Positions 1-8,752 are shown, numbered from the stretch's first letter. The stretch: DNA of 24,890 nucleotides from Candidatus Thorarchaeota archaeon (GCA_048882385.1 JBHLRQ010000037.1:1-24890), one strand, 5' to 3'. Numbers and translations: made by a program. Notes: generated by a model from the letters alone, not told the origin.

Positions 1-411
1 ATTCAGTTCTCGAAATGTCATACCTCTATCAGCTCCAATTGCAACATATTCAATGGGCGGATTATTCGCCACATCCAGCCCACGTGCAACGAAATCCTCT
101 TGTGCACCTCCTTCTCCAATTACAAAACAACGAGCTCCAGGAGACCTGTTGCTGATGTAGGCTGCTGCTGCTGCTCCTGCGGTGAATACATTCTTCAAAG
201 GAACGATGAATCCAGCAGCTTGCAGAGATTGATTTACTTGACGTGATGAAAGGCGACCTACATTTGTAAGAATAGCAAGTTCAACACCTTTTTTCTCAAG
301 TGCCTCCCAAAGAGCCTTTGCGTCAGTGAATGGTATAGGATGATCTACATCTTGGATTAGCGTATTATCAACATCAAAAATCCAAAGCTTCTTTTCACCT
401 AGATTCATCAT
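1..411 (-). CDS. HAD-superfamily subfamily IIA hydrolase (NagD-like sugar/nucleotide phosphatase), 3' end truncated by window edge
   Basis: Not in the ORF track; manual translation from ATG at 411 gives MMNLGEKKLWIFDVDNTLIQD...LAILTNVGRLSSRQV...VFTAGAAAAAYI...CFVIGEGG, with HAD motif I DxD, motif II LTN and a IIA-type cap; frame open to position 1. Confidence 0.85.
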   Translation of the reverse strand, partial: MMNLGEKKLWIFDVDNTLIQDVDHPIPFTDAKALWEALEKKGVELAILTNVGRLSSRQVNQSLQAAGFIVPLKNVFTAGAAAAAYISNRSPGARCFVIGEGGAQEDFVARGLDVANNPPIEYVAIGADRGMTFRELN

Positions 412-459
412 CTTCAACTTCCTGCATCCGCAGGTGTGTTTTCAATAAGAAAAAATTAC

Positions 460-810
460 CTACTCCTTGTGGAGTAGTGGTATAATACAGATGAAACAGA
501 AGGATTTCTTTCCTTCAGTGTTGTCATATCCGTGAGGGAGATTTGATTCAACGAAGACCACATCATCCTTCTTTGCTACTGCACCTTCTTCAGCACCAAG
601 AACTTTGGCCTCACCATCCAGTACGAAAATTTCGTGCTCCTCCTCATGAGAATGAAGTGGAATTATGCCACCAGGTTTGATTTCGAAACGACGCATCGCA
701 TAGGTTTTCGCTCCTGTGTTGCGTCCTATGAGCCAGCGTACAAACACATTCTTACTTCCAGCAAAGTCTACAGGGGTTTCCTCACGTTCCTTGTAATTGA
801 TGACATACAT
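460..810 (-). CDS. Cupin domain protein (Cupin_2, metal-binding)
   Basis: PGGIIPLHSHEEEHEIFVLDG and PHGYDN cupin motifs 1 and 2 with HxH..E..H metal ligands; 116 aa. Confidence 0.9.
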   Translation of the reverse strand: MYVINYKEREETPVDFAGSKNVFVRWLIGRNTGAKTYAMRRFEIKPGGIIPLHSHEEEHEIFVLDGEAKVLGAEEGAVAKKDDVVFVESNLPHGYDNTEGKKSFCFICIIPLLHKE

Positions 811-1000
811 ATTGAGCTCATACCTCTTTCAGCGTCTTAGATTAAGCAGTACAAAACTCTGTGGAATATTAGTATTCGGTTATGCACATCTACAATGAGA
901 AATGGATACACAAACAACACAGAAAGCTTAATCTTCAGTTCCATTGATGTGCAGCTATTAAGTGCCTTCTAAGGCGCCTTTCATATCAAGGGGAATCACA

Positions 1001-1531
1001 ATGAGTGAAGAAGACACATACGTTAGAGCCAAGCTTACGGAAATTAATGGTGCAATTGAGAGACTCACTCAGATGCTGAACAGGATGATAGATGTTATTT
1101 CAAAAATCACCGAGGTCCAAGAGAATACTTCAGAACTTACTCTCGCAGTCAATGCTAATACAGAGAGACTAGATGAGATGATGGAGAGTATCAAGAATAT
1201 AGAGAGCAAAGCTGGGGTATCTGTTGCAGTTGCGCCGCCAGTAGCGGGGATGGCTGAAAAAGGTGCAGTTTCCTCACTCCAGTCGGTATTAGACACACTT
1301 GAAACGCAAGTCAGAGAAGGTGTCATAGCAAGTGATCTTGCGCAAAAAATCAATGAATCTGCAGGAATACTAGAAAGCAGTGGTGTTCCTAGTGGAGTTA
1401 TTGTAAAAATGCAAAGATGGACACGAATACTTCGCACTTATGGTAGAGTTGATACCATAAATCCTACAGATATTGGCAAACTCCGGGCGGACATCAAAGC
1501 ATGGAGTAAAGAAATATCAAAAATGAGATAA
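1001..1531 (+). CDS. Hypothetical protein: N-terminal coiled coil, Pro/Ala linker, C-terminal helical bundle (Vps28-CTD-like)
   Basis: ORF 962..1531; ATG at 1001 preferred over GTG 962. Heptad pattern over the first ~65 aa, VSVAVAPPVAG linker, amphipathic helices at the C-terminus. Confidence 0.75.
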   Translation: MSEEDTYVRAKLTEINGAIERLTQMLNRMIDVISKITEVQENTSELTLAVNANTERLDEMMESIKNIESKAGVSVAVAPPVAGMAEKGAVSSLQSVLDTLETQVREGVIASDLAQKINESAGILESSGVPSGVIVKMQRWTRILRTYGRVDTINPTDIGKLRADIKAWSKEISKMR

Positions 1532-1589
1532 TGCGCATTTGGATATGGTGCATATGCTCGTTTGGGATGACTTATACACCAACACCTAA

Positions 1590-1607
1590 GTATTATATGC
1601 ATAATAC
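1590..1607. promoter_or_regulatory. Inverted repeat GTATTAT-ATGC-ATAATAC containing a TATA-like element; possible operator
   Basis: Perfect 7-bp arms with a 4-bp spacer in the intergenic gap upstream of the 1713 gene. Confidence 0.3.
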
Positions 1608-1712
1608 ATTTCGCGCGCTAGGAAAGTACCGGAATGAAATTCAGTAAACATTTAATAATCAAAGATAATGACCCATATTAGGCTTCAGCCGGGAAATTTG
1701 AGGTGCACAAAT

Positions 1713-2054
1713 ATGACAATTCCAGATGATTGGGAAACTCGAGTTCAAGAAGTGATTGAAGGATTTCCAGATCCCTACAAAAGAGAAATACTCGAGCTCT
1801 ATGTCGAATGGATTGAAACACAGCCTGAGCAACCATTATACGAAAGTTGGAAGGAGTATTCCTCCAAAATTGATGACCAAGAAGCCCTTTATACCGAACG
1901 TAGAATTTACCTGAGGAAGATTACGAACGAACTGAGAAATATGGAGATACCATTAAAACGATGGCAGAAAGTTGCCAAAGCACTAGCAGCTGTGGCCAGT
2001 GTTTTCTTAGTTATTTTCCTTGCAATATCTAGGGCTATGAGGGTGACAGAATAG
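1713..2054 (+). CDS. Hypothetical tail-anchored membrane protein
   Basis: ATG 1713 preceded by SD-like GAGGTG (1700-1705); soluble helical body, then KRWQK and one C-terminal hydrophobic helix (VAKALAAVASVFLVIFLAI). Confidence 0.75.
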   Translation: MTIPDDWETRVQEVIEGFPDPYKREILELYVEWIETQPEQPLYESWKEYSSKIDDQEALYTERRIYLRKITNELRNMEIPLKRWQKVAKALAAVASVFLVIFLAISRAMRVTE

Positions 2055-2117
2055 AATTACTAGAAACACACTCGTTGTTAGAGAGCAGGTCACTTATATT
2101 ATCCAGAAGAAGATATT

Positions 2118-3626
2118 TTGTTGGGAAAAATGGAGAGATTACTTGAATCTATTCCTGAAAAAATGGAAGAACTGCTGGTTGAGGCTACCAAACTAGTAAG
2201 GAAGTCAAAGAAAGTTTACGCTTTTTCACACATCGATGCTGATGGAATTTCAGCTCTAGCTATAATCACTTTGATGCTTGATCGAGAAGGCAAAGAATAC
2301 GAATGGAAAAACATCCACCAAATAAACTCGGAATCGATTCTTCATATTGAGGATGAGGTACGTGCTTACAAACCTGACCTGGTTATTTTTAGTGATTTCG
2401 GAACTGGACAAATTGAACTTGTGAAAAATCACATTGTGGATATAGAAGGATTGAACTCTGTAATTATACTTGACCATCACCTTCCAACAAATGATGAAAT
2501 TCAGACTGAAACAGATAATTCAACAAACTCGCTAATTGAGATTAATCCAAGTCAACATGGGTTGAGTGGAAGCTACGATCTTTCCGGAGCAGGAACAGCT
2601 TTCCTCTTGGCATATTTTGTTTCACATAGCAATATCGACCTATCAGAGCTAGCAATCGTAGGAGCATCTGGAGACTTGCAGGACTACTATGGACAGGGTT
2701 TCGTTGGGCTGAACAAAGTGATTGTTGAGATGGGAGAAGATGCAGGATTTCTCACTGTCACAAGGGACCTCACATTCTTTGGGATTCATACTAGACCACT
2801 TCCATACCTCTTGCAATATGCAACAGACCCCTATCTCCCGGGACTTACAGGAGCGGAGGAAGCATGTTATGCGTTCCTTCAGGAACGTGACATCGACATG
2901 AAATCTAACGATGAATGGAGGACATGGGTGGATCTGGAAGCAGACGAGAAACAACAGATCATTCAAGGGATAATCCAAATCGTGCTAGCAAATTACGATG
3001 ATCCTAGAATAGCTCAGGGTATAATCGGAGATGTAGTAATTCTCTCCAGTAGACCGCCAAAAACGGAAATGCGTAGTGCAAAGGAGTTTTCGACACTACT
3101 GAATGCATGCGGGCGAAATAAGCGTCCTGAAGTGGGAGTACGTGTTTGTATGAGAGATCCTGATGCTTTCGCTGAAGGACGAAATCTCCTGCAACAGCAT
3201 AGAGCAAATCTTGCTTCGGCTCTAAGAAGATTGGAAACTGACGGTTATGAGGAGAGACCGGGAATGTATATTGTAAATGATCCGGAAACGCCGGATACGA
3301 TTATTGGAATAGTAATCGGAATGGCTCAAGGGTCAATGATTATTCCAATCGACAGGCCTGTCATCGGAATTAGTACAAATACATCTGAAGAGAGTCCACT
3401 TGTGAAACTCTCTGGACGTGCTCACAAGTCGCTAATTGAGAGAGGAGTCAATCTCAAAGAAGTCTTTGTAGAAGTTGCAGAACAACTCAATATCAGTTAT
3501 GACATGCTTGTTGCAGAGGCTGGAGGACATCCAATGGCAGCTGGTGCTTTTATTCAGAAAGCACAGCTCGACGAGTTCCTAGATCTAATATCATCCAAAC
3601 TCGCAAAGAGTCTGGGTAATGTTTAG
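2118..3626 (+). CDS. recJ: Archaeal RecJ-like DHH/DHHA1 phosphoesterase (RecJ/GAN/Cdc45 family ssDNA exonuclease)
   Basis: Motifs HIDADG, SDFG, LDHH, SGAG, EFSTLLNACGR, LSGR, GGHPMAAG; no OB domain, as in the archaeal type. Start may be ATG 2130. Confidence 0.9.
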   Translation: MLGKMERLLESIPEKMEELLVEATKLVRKSKKVYAFSHIDADGISALAIITLMLDREGKEYEWKNIHQINSESILHIEDEVRAYKPDLVIFSDFGTGQIELVKNHIVDIEGLNSVIILDHHLPTNDEIQTETDNSTNSLIEINPSQHGLSGSYDLSGAGTAFLLAYFVSHSNIDLSELAIVGASGDLQDYYGQGFVGLNKVIVEMGEDAGFLTVTRDLTFFGIHTRPLPYLLQYATDPYLPGLTGAEEACYAFLQERDIDMKSNDEWRTWVDLEADEKQQIIQGIIQIVLANYDDPRIAQGIIGDVVILSSRPPKTEMRSAKEFSTLLNACGRNKRPEVGVRVCMRDPDAFAEGRNLLQQHRANLASALRRLETDGYEERPGMYIVNDPETPDTIIGIVIGMAQGSMIIPIDRPVIGISTNTSEESPLVKLSGRAHKSLIERGVNLKEVFVEVAEQLNISYDMLVAEAGGHPMAAGAFIQKAQLDEFLDLISSKLAKSLGNV

Positions 3627-3629
3627 GGG

Positions 3630-3660
3630 AAAAAAGATCGTTGGGGGCTTAATAGCCCCC
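3630..3660 (-). terminator. Hairpin plus U-tract between convergent genes
   Basis: GGGGGCT-TAAT-AGCCCCC (3643-3660), 7-bp stem; A6 run at 3630-3635 reads as U6 on the minus strand just after the stem. Confidence 0.65.
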
Positions 3661-3678
3661 GGATTCACTATTGAGAAC

Positions 3679-4155
3679 TTAATAGTCCTCAGACGTTAAT
3701 GATGCTCCAATAATGCCGGGTATAAACAGTAGACCAAATCCAACTCCTAGGTCTATGACCATGTTTCGGGCAAGGTTGAACATAGCCTCAAGATTGGTTG
3801 GGTCTCCTGACCAGGTCAAAATGTAAAATCCAAGGAAGAAGAGAACCATTGTGATGATGGATACAAACAACATCCGGACACCGCTCTTGGAAATCAGCCC
3901 AGCAATAAAACCAGCAACACCAAGCGCAACTAGCGGGGAGTAAATTGGAACTGCTGCAGTAGCTGCTGTGTATGGGAATAACAATACTCCAAAGAGGGTT
4001 GCTCCAAGGAGCATAAGGTTATTCGTAATATCTCCGCTACCGATAATTGATTGGATTGCTGTTAAGTCGAGGCCAAGTATTTGAAAGGCACCGATAATGA
4101 CAGCAGTCACTAACGCGATAATTAAAGCAATAATTGTTCTGAACATTGTATACAT
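3679..4155 (-). CDS. Hypothetical polytopic membrane protein (4-5 TM, Gly-rich)
   Basis: 158 aa, mostly hydrophobic, with GxxxG-type motifs (GVAGFIAGLI, PGIIGASL). Confidence 0.8.
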   Translation of the reverse strand: MYTMFRTIIALIIALVTAVIIGAFQILGLDLTAIQSIIGSGDITNNLMLLGATLFGVLLFPYTAATAAVPIYSPLVALGVAGFIAGLISKSGVRMLFVSIITMVLFFLGFYILTWSGDPTNLEAMFNLARNMVIDLGVGFGLLFIPGIIGASLTSEDY

Positions 4156-4249
4156 ACGTCCTTTGGTCAGAAAATTCTCCGTTATGTCATCCAGTGTGAA
4201 TCTTAGTCTTTTATATTTCTTGGCAATTTCTCAGTGATACAAAAAATGT

Positions 4250-4711
4250 CTAAACACTTTGGAAATCAGACATGATTGTTAGAATTTGGTCTTTCACGGA
4301 TAGAATCAGTTTTACTATACGTGGACTGGCCATATCATGTGGTAGGTCATTTGGGTGAAACCATCCGACCTCAGCTTCTGGTGTTTCTGGGATAGTGGTT
4401 TCTGTTTGTGCTTTGGCAAGATAGTGGTTTAATAGATAATGGTATTCTATTTTCCCTGATTCATCTGGAGTGATCAAATCAGCGGTGTTGACAAGATCAA
4501 TAATCTTGCACTCGACTCCAGTTTCTTCGAGAACTTCTCGAATAACAGATTCTTCCTGAGTTTCTCCAATCTCAACACCTCCGCCAGGAATGCTCCATAA
4601 ACCCTTTCCAGGATCCTTGTCTCGTCTTACAAGCAGCACTCCTTTTGAACCAACAACTATTGCTCCGACACCAGGGATGGGGAACTTGGGATATCTTCTT
4701 TCATTCATCAT
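4250..4711 (-). CDS. Nudix hydrolase (ADP-ribose pyrophosphatase-like)
   Basis: Nudix box GGGVEIGETQEESVIREVLEETGV preceded by GLWSIP; start placed at 4711 because of an ATGA overlap with the stop of the upstream TPR gene. Confidence 0.9.
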   Translation of the reverse strand: MMNERRYPKFPIPGVGAIVVGSKGVLLVRRDKDPGKGLWSIPGGGVEIGETQEESVIREVLEETGVECKIIDLVNTADLITPDESGKIEYHYLLNHYLAKAQTETTIPETPEAEVGWFHPNDLPHDMASPRIVKLILSVKDQILTIMSDFQSV

Positions 4712-5868
4712 GTCACTGCTAGACTTGACGGCATGATAATTGTTGTCCCACATTCTTGACAAGGACGGTCCTGGTAAACATCAAAGCCTGTAGTTGCATT
4801 ATATGGTAGTCTGACTTCCTTGTCACAGCAAGGACATTGGATTTTCACGTACCCGCGAAGCTCGAAAACCATTCTCCATGCGTTTCGAGCGGATTCTAGT
4901 CTACCAAGACGATCATATTCGACAGCAAGTAGAACCCATGGTGCTGCAGCTCCTTCATCAGCTCTAGTCCACCGAATTAAACAATCAATATACTCATCAC
5001 TCATGTCCAGAAGCGAATACAATCCACATAGACCTCTCCATGATTCAGGGTCTCTACCCAATTCAGCCTCTGCTCTTGCCAAGTATAGACTACTTTTTTC
5101 TTCATCGCCTAATAGATGTGATAGATATGATAACCTGGACAACGCTTCAATATTATTTGGATCTTGATCAAGAACCTGATGGAAACAAGATATGGCACCA
5201 TCATACTCGCTTGATTGTAAACGTAATTCCCCTAAAAGAATCTGAGAGCGATAGTCTGTCGAATCAACTATGTTTGCACGTCCTACAAAAGGTGATGCTT
5301 CATATGATCTCTTTTGAATTAGCAAGAGATATGCGTAGTTCGAAATCGCAGCCATCAGCTCAGGATTCAAACGATGAACTTTGCCCCATTCATCTGTCGC
5401 AGCTGTGAAGTCACCCAGTCTATATAATGTCAGGGCATAAAGACCCCGGATTCCAATATCCTCTGGAAACTTCTCCAAAGCAAGTTGAAGGTGATCCAAG
5501 GCATCTCTGTACTGACCATTCCGATACATGATTCTACCAAGGTCAAGCCATACTTCAGGCTCTGAAGAGTCAAGCCGAAATGCCTCACGAAGTCTGTCTT
5601 CTGCATTTGACATTTTACCAAGTGCCCACAGAGCACGTCCCAAAAAGAGTTCGACAACGTAGTGTTGTTCTACAAGCTCTTCAGCCTGTTCAAGAACAAC
5701 CACAGCTTTTTCTGGAATCTCCGCCTGAACATATGCCATTCCAAGACATACTAATGCATCAACATCTTCGTCATCATTCTCTACAACTGGTTCAAGGAGG
5801 GCTATCGCATCTAGTGGGCGACCCTCTTCAAGAGCCCGCATTGCAGAATCGATGACATCTTCAGACAC
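4708..5868 (-). CDS. TPR-repeat protein with C-terminal zinc ribbon
   Basis: Repeated LG..Y...G....A....A TPR units over ~335 aa; C-terminal CPCC...CQEC pair of CxxC knuckles. Confidence 0.85.
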   Translation of the reverse strand: MSEDVIDSAMRALEEGRPLDAIALLEPVVENDDEDVDALVCLGMAYVQAEIPEKAVVVLEQAEELVEQHYVVELFLGRALWALGKMSNAEDRLREAFRLDSSEPEVWLDLGRIMYRNGQYRDALDHLQLALEKFPEDIGIRGLYALTLYRLGDFTAATDEWGKVHRLNPELMAAISNYAYLLLIQKRSYEASPFVGRANIVDSTDYRSQILLGELRLQSSEYDGAISCFHQVLDQDPNNIEALSRLSYLSHLLGDEEKSSLYLARAEAELGRDPESWRGLCGLYSLLDMSDEYIDCLIRWTRADEGAAAPWVLLAVEYDRLGRLESARNAWRMVFELRGYVKIQCPCCDKEVRLPYNATTGFDVYQDRPCQECGTTIIMPSSLAVT

Positions 5869-5911
5869 GTCAAATCCAGCCTAAGTTCGTGAACGCTGGC
5901 TCACATTTGTA

Positions 5912-5917
5912 TTATAA
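5912..5917. promoter_or_regulatory. Palindromic TATA box TTATAA in a 61-bp divergent intergenic gap
   Basis: The AT-rich core between the divergent TPR and methyltransferase genes; about 25 nt upstream of ATG 5942. Confidence 0.45.
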
Positions 5918-5929
5918 GTAAGATTCGTT

Positions 5930-6781
5930 ATGACAAAATTGATGACAGGACGAGAATATGCAACACCCTTTTCGATGCTTCATGCAGCATTGTTACTTGG
6001 ACAGAAGACAAGACTTACTAAATTCAATAATGCTATTCGTGAGATTGTGAAAACCAACGATTATATCGTGGATATCGGCACAGGCTCTGGAGTTTTGGCA
6101 ATAATGGCAGCCAAGGCTGGCGCAGGGAAAGTGACTGCTATCGACATAAACAGTGAGTCTTTGGATTATGCAAGGCAAGCTGCTGAACTTAATGGGGTAA
6201 TTGACAAAATCGATTTTATTGAAGAACACTTCTCGGATTTTTTTCCAGATGCGAAAGCTGATGTAGTAATTTGTGAGATGCTGTCATCAATCCTATTAGT
6301 TGAACAGCAGGTTCCAGCTAGCTATCATGCTGTTGAGAATATCTTGAAGCCAGATGGTATTATCATTCCTCAAAATGCAACGATTTACGTTGTCCCTGTT
6401 GAGAGTCAAGTGATGTTTGATCGATTTTCCATGGAAAAACTCCAATTTCCTCGTGTTGTTCAAACTATGAGTCATGGTTCATCAAGAGACCTTGCAGACA
6501 TCCAGGTCCTTGCAAGAATAGATTTCACAAAACTTACAGATAATTATGCAATTGATGAAACACTTACATTCCGAATCATCAGTGATGGAGAAATTCATGG
6601 TCTTGCTGGCCTTTTTGAATCGGAACTATATAGAAATATCAAATTAGACATGGTGGATGGATGGAAGCAACTCTTCATTCCATTTTCCAATCCAATCAAA
6701 GTAAAGGTTGAAGGTGAATTCAGTGTTCGAATAGCATATACTCCAGGTCAGTTTAACTCACTTGTTGTTGAACCATTTTAA
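5930..6781 (+). CDS. Class I SAM-dependent methyltransferase with protein arginine methyltransferase (PRMT)-like architecture
   Basis: Motif I IVDIGTGSGVL, AAKAGAGKVTAID, double-E loop DVVICEMLSSILLVE, LKPDGIIIP, and a C-terminal beta-rich domain with WKQ. Start may be ATG 5942. Confidence 0.8.
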   Translation: MTKLMTGREYATPFSMLHAALLLGQKTRLTKFNNAIREIVKTNDYIVDIGTGSGVLAIMAAKAGAGKVTAIDINSESLDYARQAAELNGVIDKIDFIEEHFSDFFPDAKADVVICEMLSSILLVEQQVPASYHAVENILKPDGIIIPQNATIYVVPVESQVMFDRFSMEKLQFPRVVQTMSHGSSRDLADIQVLARIDFTKLTDNYAIDETLTFRIISDGEIHGLAGLFESELYRNIKLDMVDGWKQLFIPFSNPIKVKVEGEFSVRIAYTPGQFNSLVVEPF

Positions 6782-6783
6782 TA

Positions 6784-7098
6784 TCAGCCAGATGCTTTTC
6801 TTGTCATTAATTGAGACCTGTCCAGTTCAAAGACTACTGGGTTTTTGGGGTCAGGACATGCGTGGAGCTCCTTACAATGATCTTCGGACCAAGGGAAGTA
6901 TGCGTTGTGCATCATTGCATAAACAACTGGAAGCATAGTGAACAATGCATTGATGCATATATCATCCTTAGTTCCAAAGTGATTGAACTCAACAACATCG
7001 CCTACCTTGTGTCCGATGGGACAGTGCCCCTTTTGACTTACAACTCTGGCGATTATTTTTCGTGGTTCTTTTCCAACACATTTGTCTTCATTTGACAT
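6784..7098 (-). CDS. TIGR04076-family small Cys-containing protein (putative metal/redox)
   Basis: KGHCPIGHKVGD...ICINA...ACPDPKNPVVFEL pattern typical of this family. Confidence 0.75.
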   Translation of the reverse strand: MSNEDKCVGKEPRKIIARVVSQKGHCPIGHKVGDVVEFNHFGTKDDICINALFTMLPVVYAMMHNAYFPWSEDHCKELHACPDPKNPVVFELDRSQLMTRKASG

Positions 7099-7213
7099 GG
7101 TGGGTCAAACCTCATCAGGAAACTCTGCCTATTACTGTTCCTGAAAATAGAAATGGTATAGGGACATACTTTTATCATAGTCCGCAAAATCGTGACCTCG
7201 GTGGCTGATTATA

Positions 7214-7876
7214 TTGGAATTGAAAGGTCCATTATGCTACGTGCTTGATTTTGATGACATCTACAACTATGCATATCAGACTGCAGAGAAGGTGAAGGAA
7301 TCTGGATGGAAGCCTGATGCGATTGTAGGAATTGCTAGAGGTGGATGGGTTCATGCGAGAATTGCCTGTGACCTTCTAGGAATCAAAGATTTGTATAGTG
7401 TCAAAATAGACCACTGGGGAGTCACAGCAACAAAAGATGGCAAGGCTAAGTTGACTATTCCATTGACTGGAGATGTCAAAGGGAAAAGGGTTCTTGTTGT
7501 GGATGACATCACTGACACTGGAGAAAGTCTTACTATGGCTGTCAACCATGTCAAAGATTGTGGACCAGCTGATGTGAAAAGTGCAACTCTTATGCACATA
7601 GCAGGTTCAAAGTTTACTCCAGATTATTATGGCGTGGAAGTTGCTTGGGCTTGGGAAATATGGCCTTGGAATTTCTATGAAGATCTATCATCACTCATCA
7701 CAAAGATCTTTGAAGGAGAGAAAGTGAATGAGTTCAGTTCAATGGAGCTCAAGAAACATCTGAGAGAGTACAACAACATTGTCCTTTCAGATGATCAATT
7801 ATCAAAGATTAAAGCGCATATGGGATATCTAGGCAAGATCGAGTACCCCCTCGATAAGGCCTGGAGATTGAAATAG
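7214..7876 (+). CDS. Type I phosphoribosyltransferase (archaeal purine PRTase)
   Basis: PDAIVGIARGGW and PRPP loop VLVVDDITDTGESL, PDYY, WPW; TTG start. Confidence 0.9.
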   Translation: MELKGPLCYVLDFDDIYNYAYQTAEKVKESGWKPDAIVGIARGGWVHARIACDLLGIKDLYSVKIDHWGVTATKDGKAKLTIPLTGDVKGKRVLVVDDITDTGESLTMAVNHVKDCGPADVKSATLMHIAGSKFTPDYYGVEVAWAWEIWPWNFYEDLSSLITKIFEGEKVNEFSSMELKKHLREYNNIVLSDDQLSKIKAHMGYLGKIEYPLDKAWRLK

Positions 7877-7891
7877 TAAGGAGGAGATAGA

Positions 7892-8752
7892 ATGGCATTC
7901 GAAGTGAAATTATCAGTTGTACCAGTTGACAGGAGTCAGTCAGAAGATCTTCAGAAAATTCTCCCTTCTGAAATCGGAATGTTTGGAGGTTCGGGAAATT
8001 ATGACTCAGATGTGATTGAAAATCCAATTGAGGTCAAAGTCTTCACCCCATATGGCGCACCATCAGACAATTTCATTCTGGGAACTGTGAAGGGACGTAC
8101 TTTTGCATTTCTTGCTAGACATGGACGTGGACATACAATTGCCCCGCATATGATCAATTATAGAGCTAATATCTGGGGCATGAAAGCCTTGGGGGTAAAA
8201 AGAATCATCAGCCCAGCAGCTACAGGCAGTCTTCAACCAGAAAAGGTCAAACTTGGAGAGTTCGTGATAGCAGATCAGATTTTTGACAGAACAATGGGCG
8301 TTCGGAAAGATACATTCTTCGAAGAGGGAACAATCGCACATCTACCTTTTGCAGAACCATTTTGTCCAGAGCTGCGGAAGGTTGCCGTTGACACAGCTGC
8401 GCAGGTGAAGTACAAAGTTCATGACGGAGGAACATACGTTTGTATCAATGGTCCAAGGTTCTCAACTAGAGCGGAATCGATGTTCTATCACAACCAAGGA
8501 TGGGAAGTCATTGGGATGACCGCATATCCTGAAGCTGCATTGGCTCGTGAGGCTGGAATCTGTTTTGTAAACATCTCTATGCCAACAGATTATGATGTGC
8601 ATGCGGAGGAGGTCGTTACTCACGCAATGGTCCTAAAGACAATGTCCGAGAATGTTGAGCGAGTTAGAAAATTGACCTTCGAAATGATAGCCAACATTCC
8701 AAAGAAAGCTAGTTGCGACTGCCAGACTGCAATGCAGAATGGTCTCTTCTAA
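7892..8752 (+). CDS. mtnP: 5'-methylthioadenosine phosphorylase (PNP/MTAP family 2)
   Basis: GGSG, TPYGAPS, RHGRGH, NYRANIW, GPRFSTRAES, GMTAYPE, TDYD (6-aminopurine-type); strong SD AAGGAGG upstream. Confidence 0.9.
   Translation: MAFEVKLSVVPVDRSQSEDLQKILPSEIGMFGGSGNYDSDVIENPIEVKVFTPYGAPSDNFILGTVKGRTFAFLARHGRGHTIAPHMINYRANIWGMKALGVKRIISPAATGSLQPEKVKLGEFVIADQIFDRTMGVRKDTFFEEGTIAHLPFAEPFCPELRKVAVDTAAQVKYKVHDGGTYVCINGPRFSTRAESMFYHNQGWEVIGMTAYPEAALAREAGICFVNISMPTDYDVHAEEVVTHAMVLKTMSENVERVRKLTFEMIANIPKKASCDCQTAMQNGLF

Noticed and set aside
1609-1617. TTCGCGCG shared with 17960-17967 (also resembles an E2F site)
   Set aside because: Short motif with different orientation and spacing relative to the TATA-like elements; a chance match is plausible.
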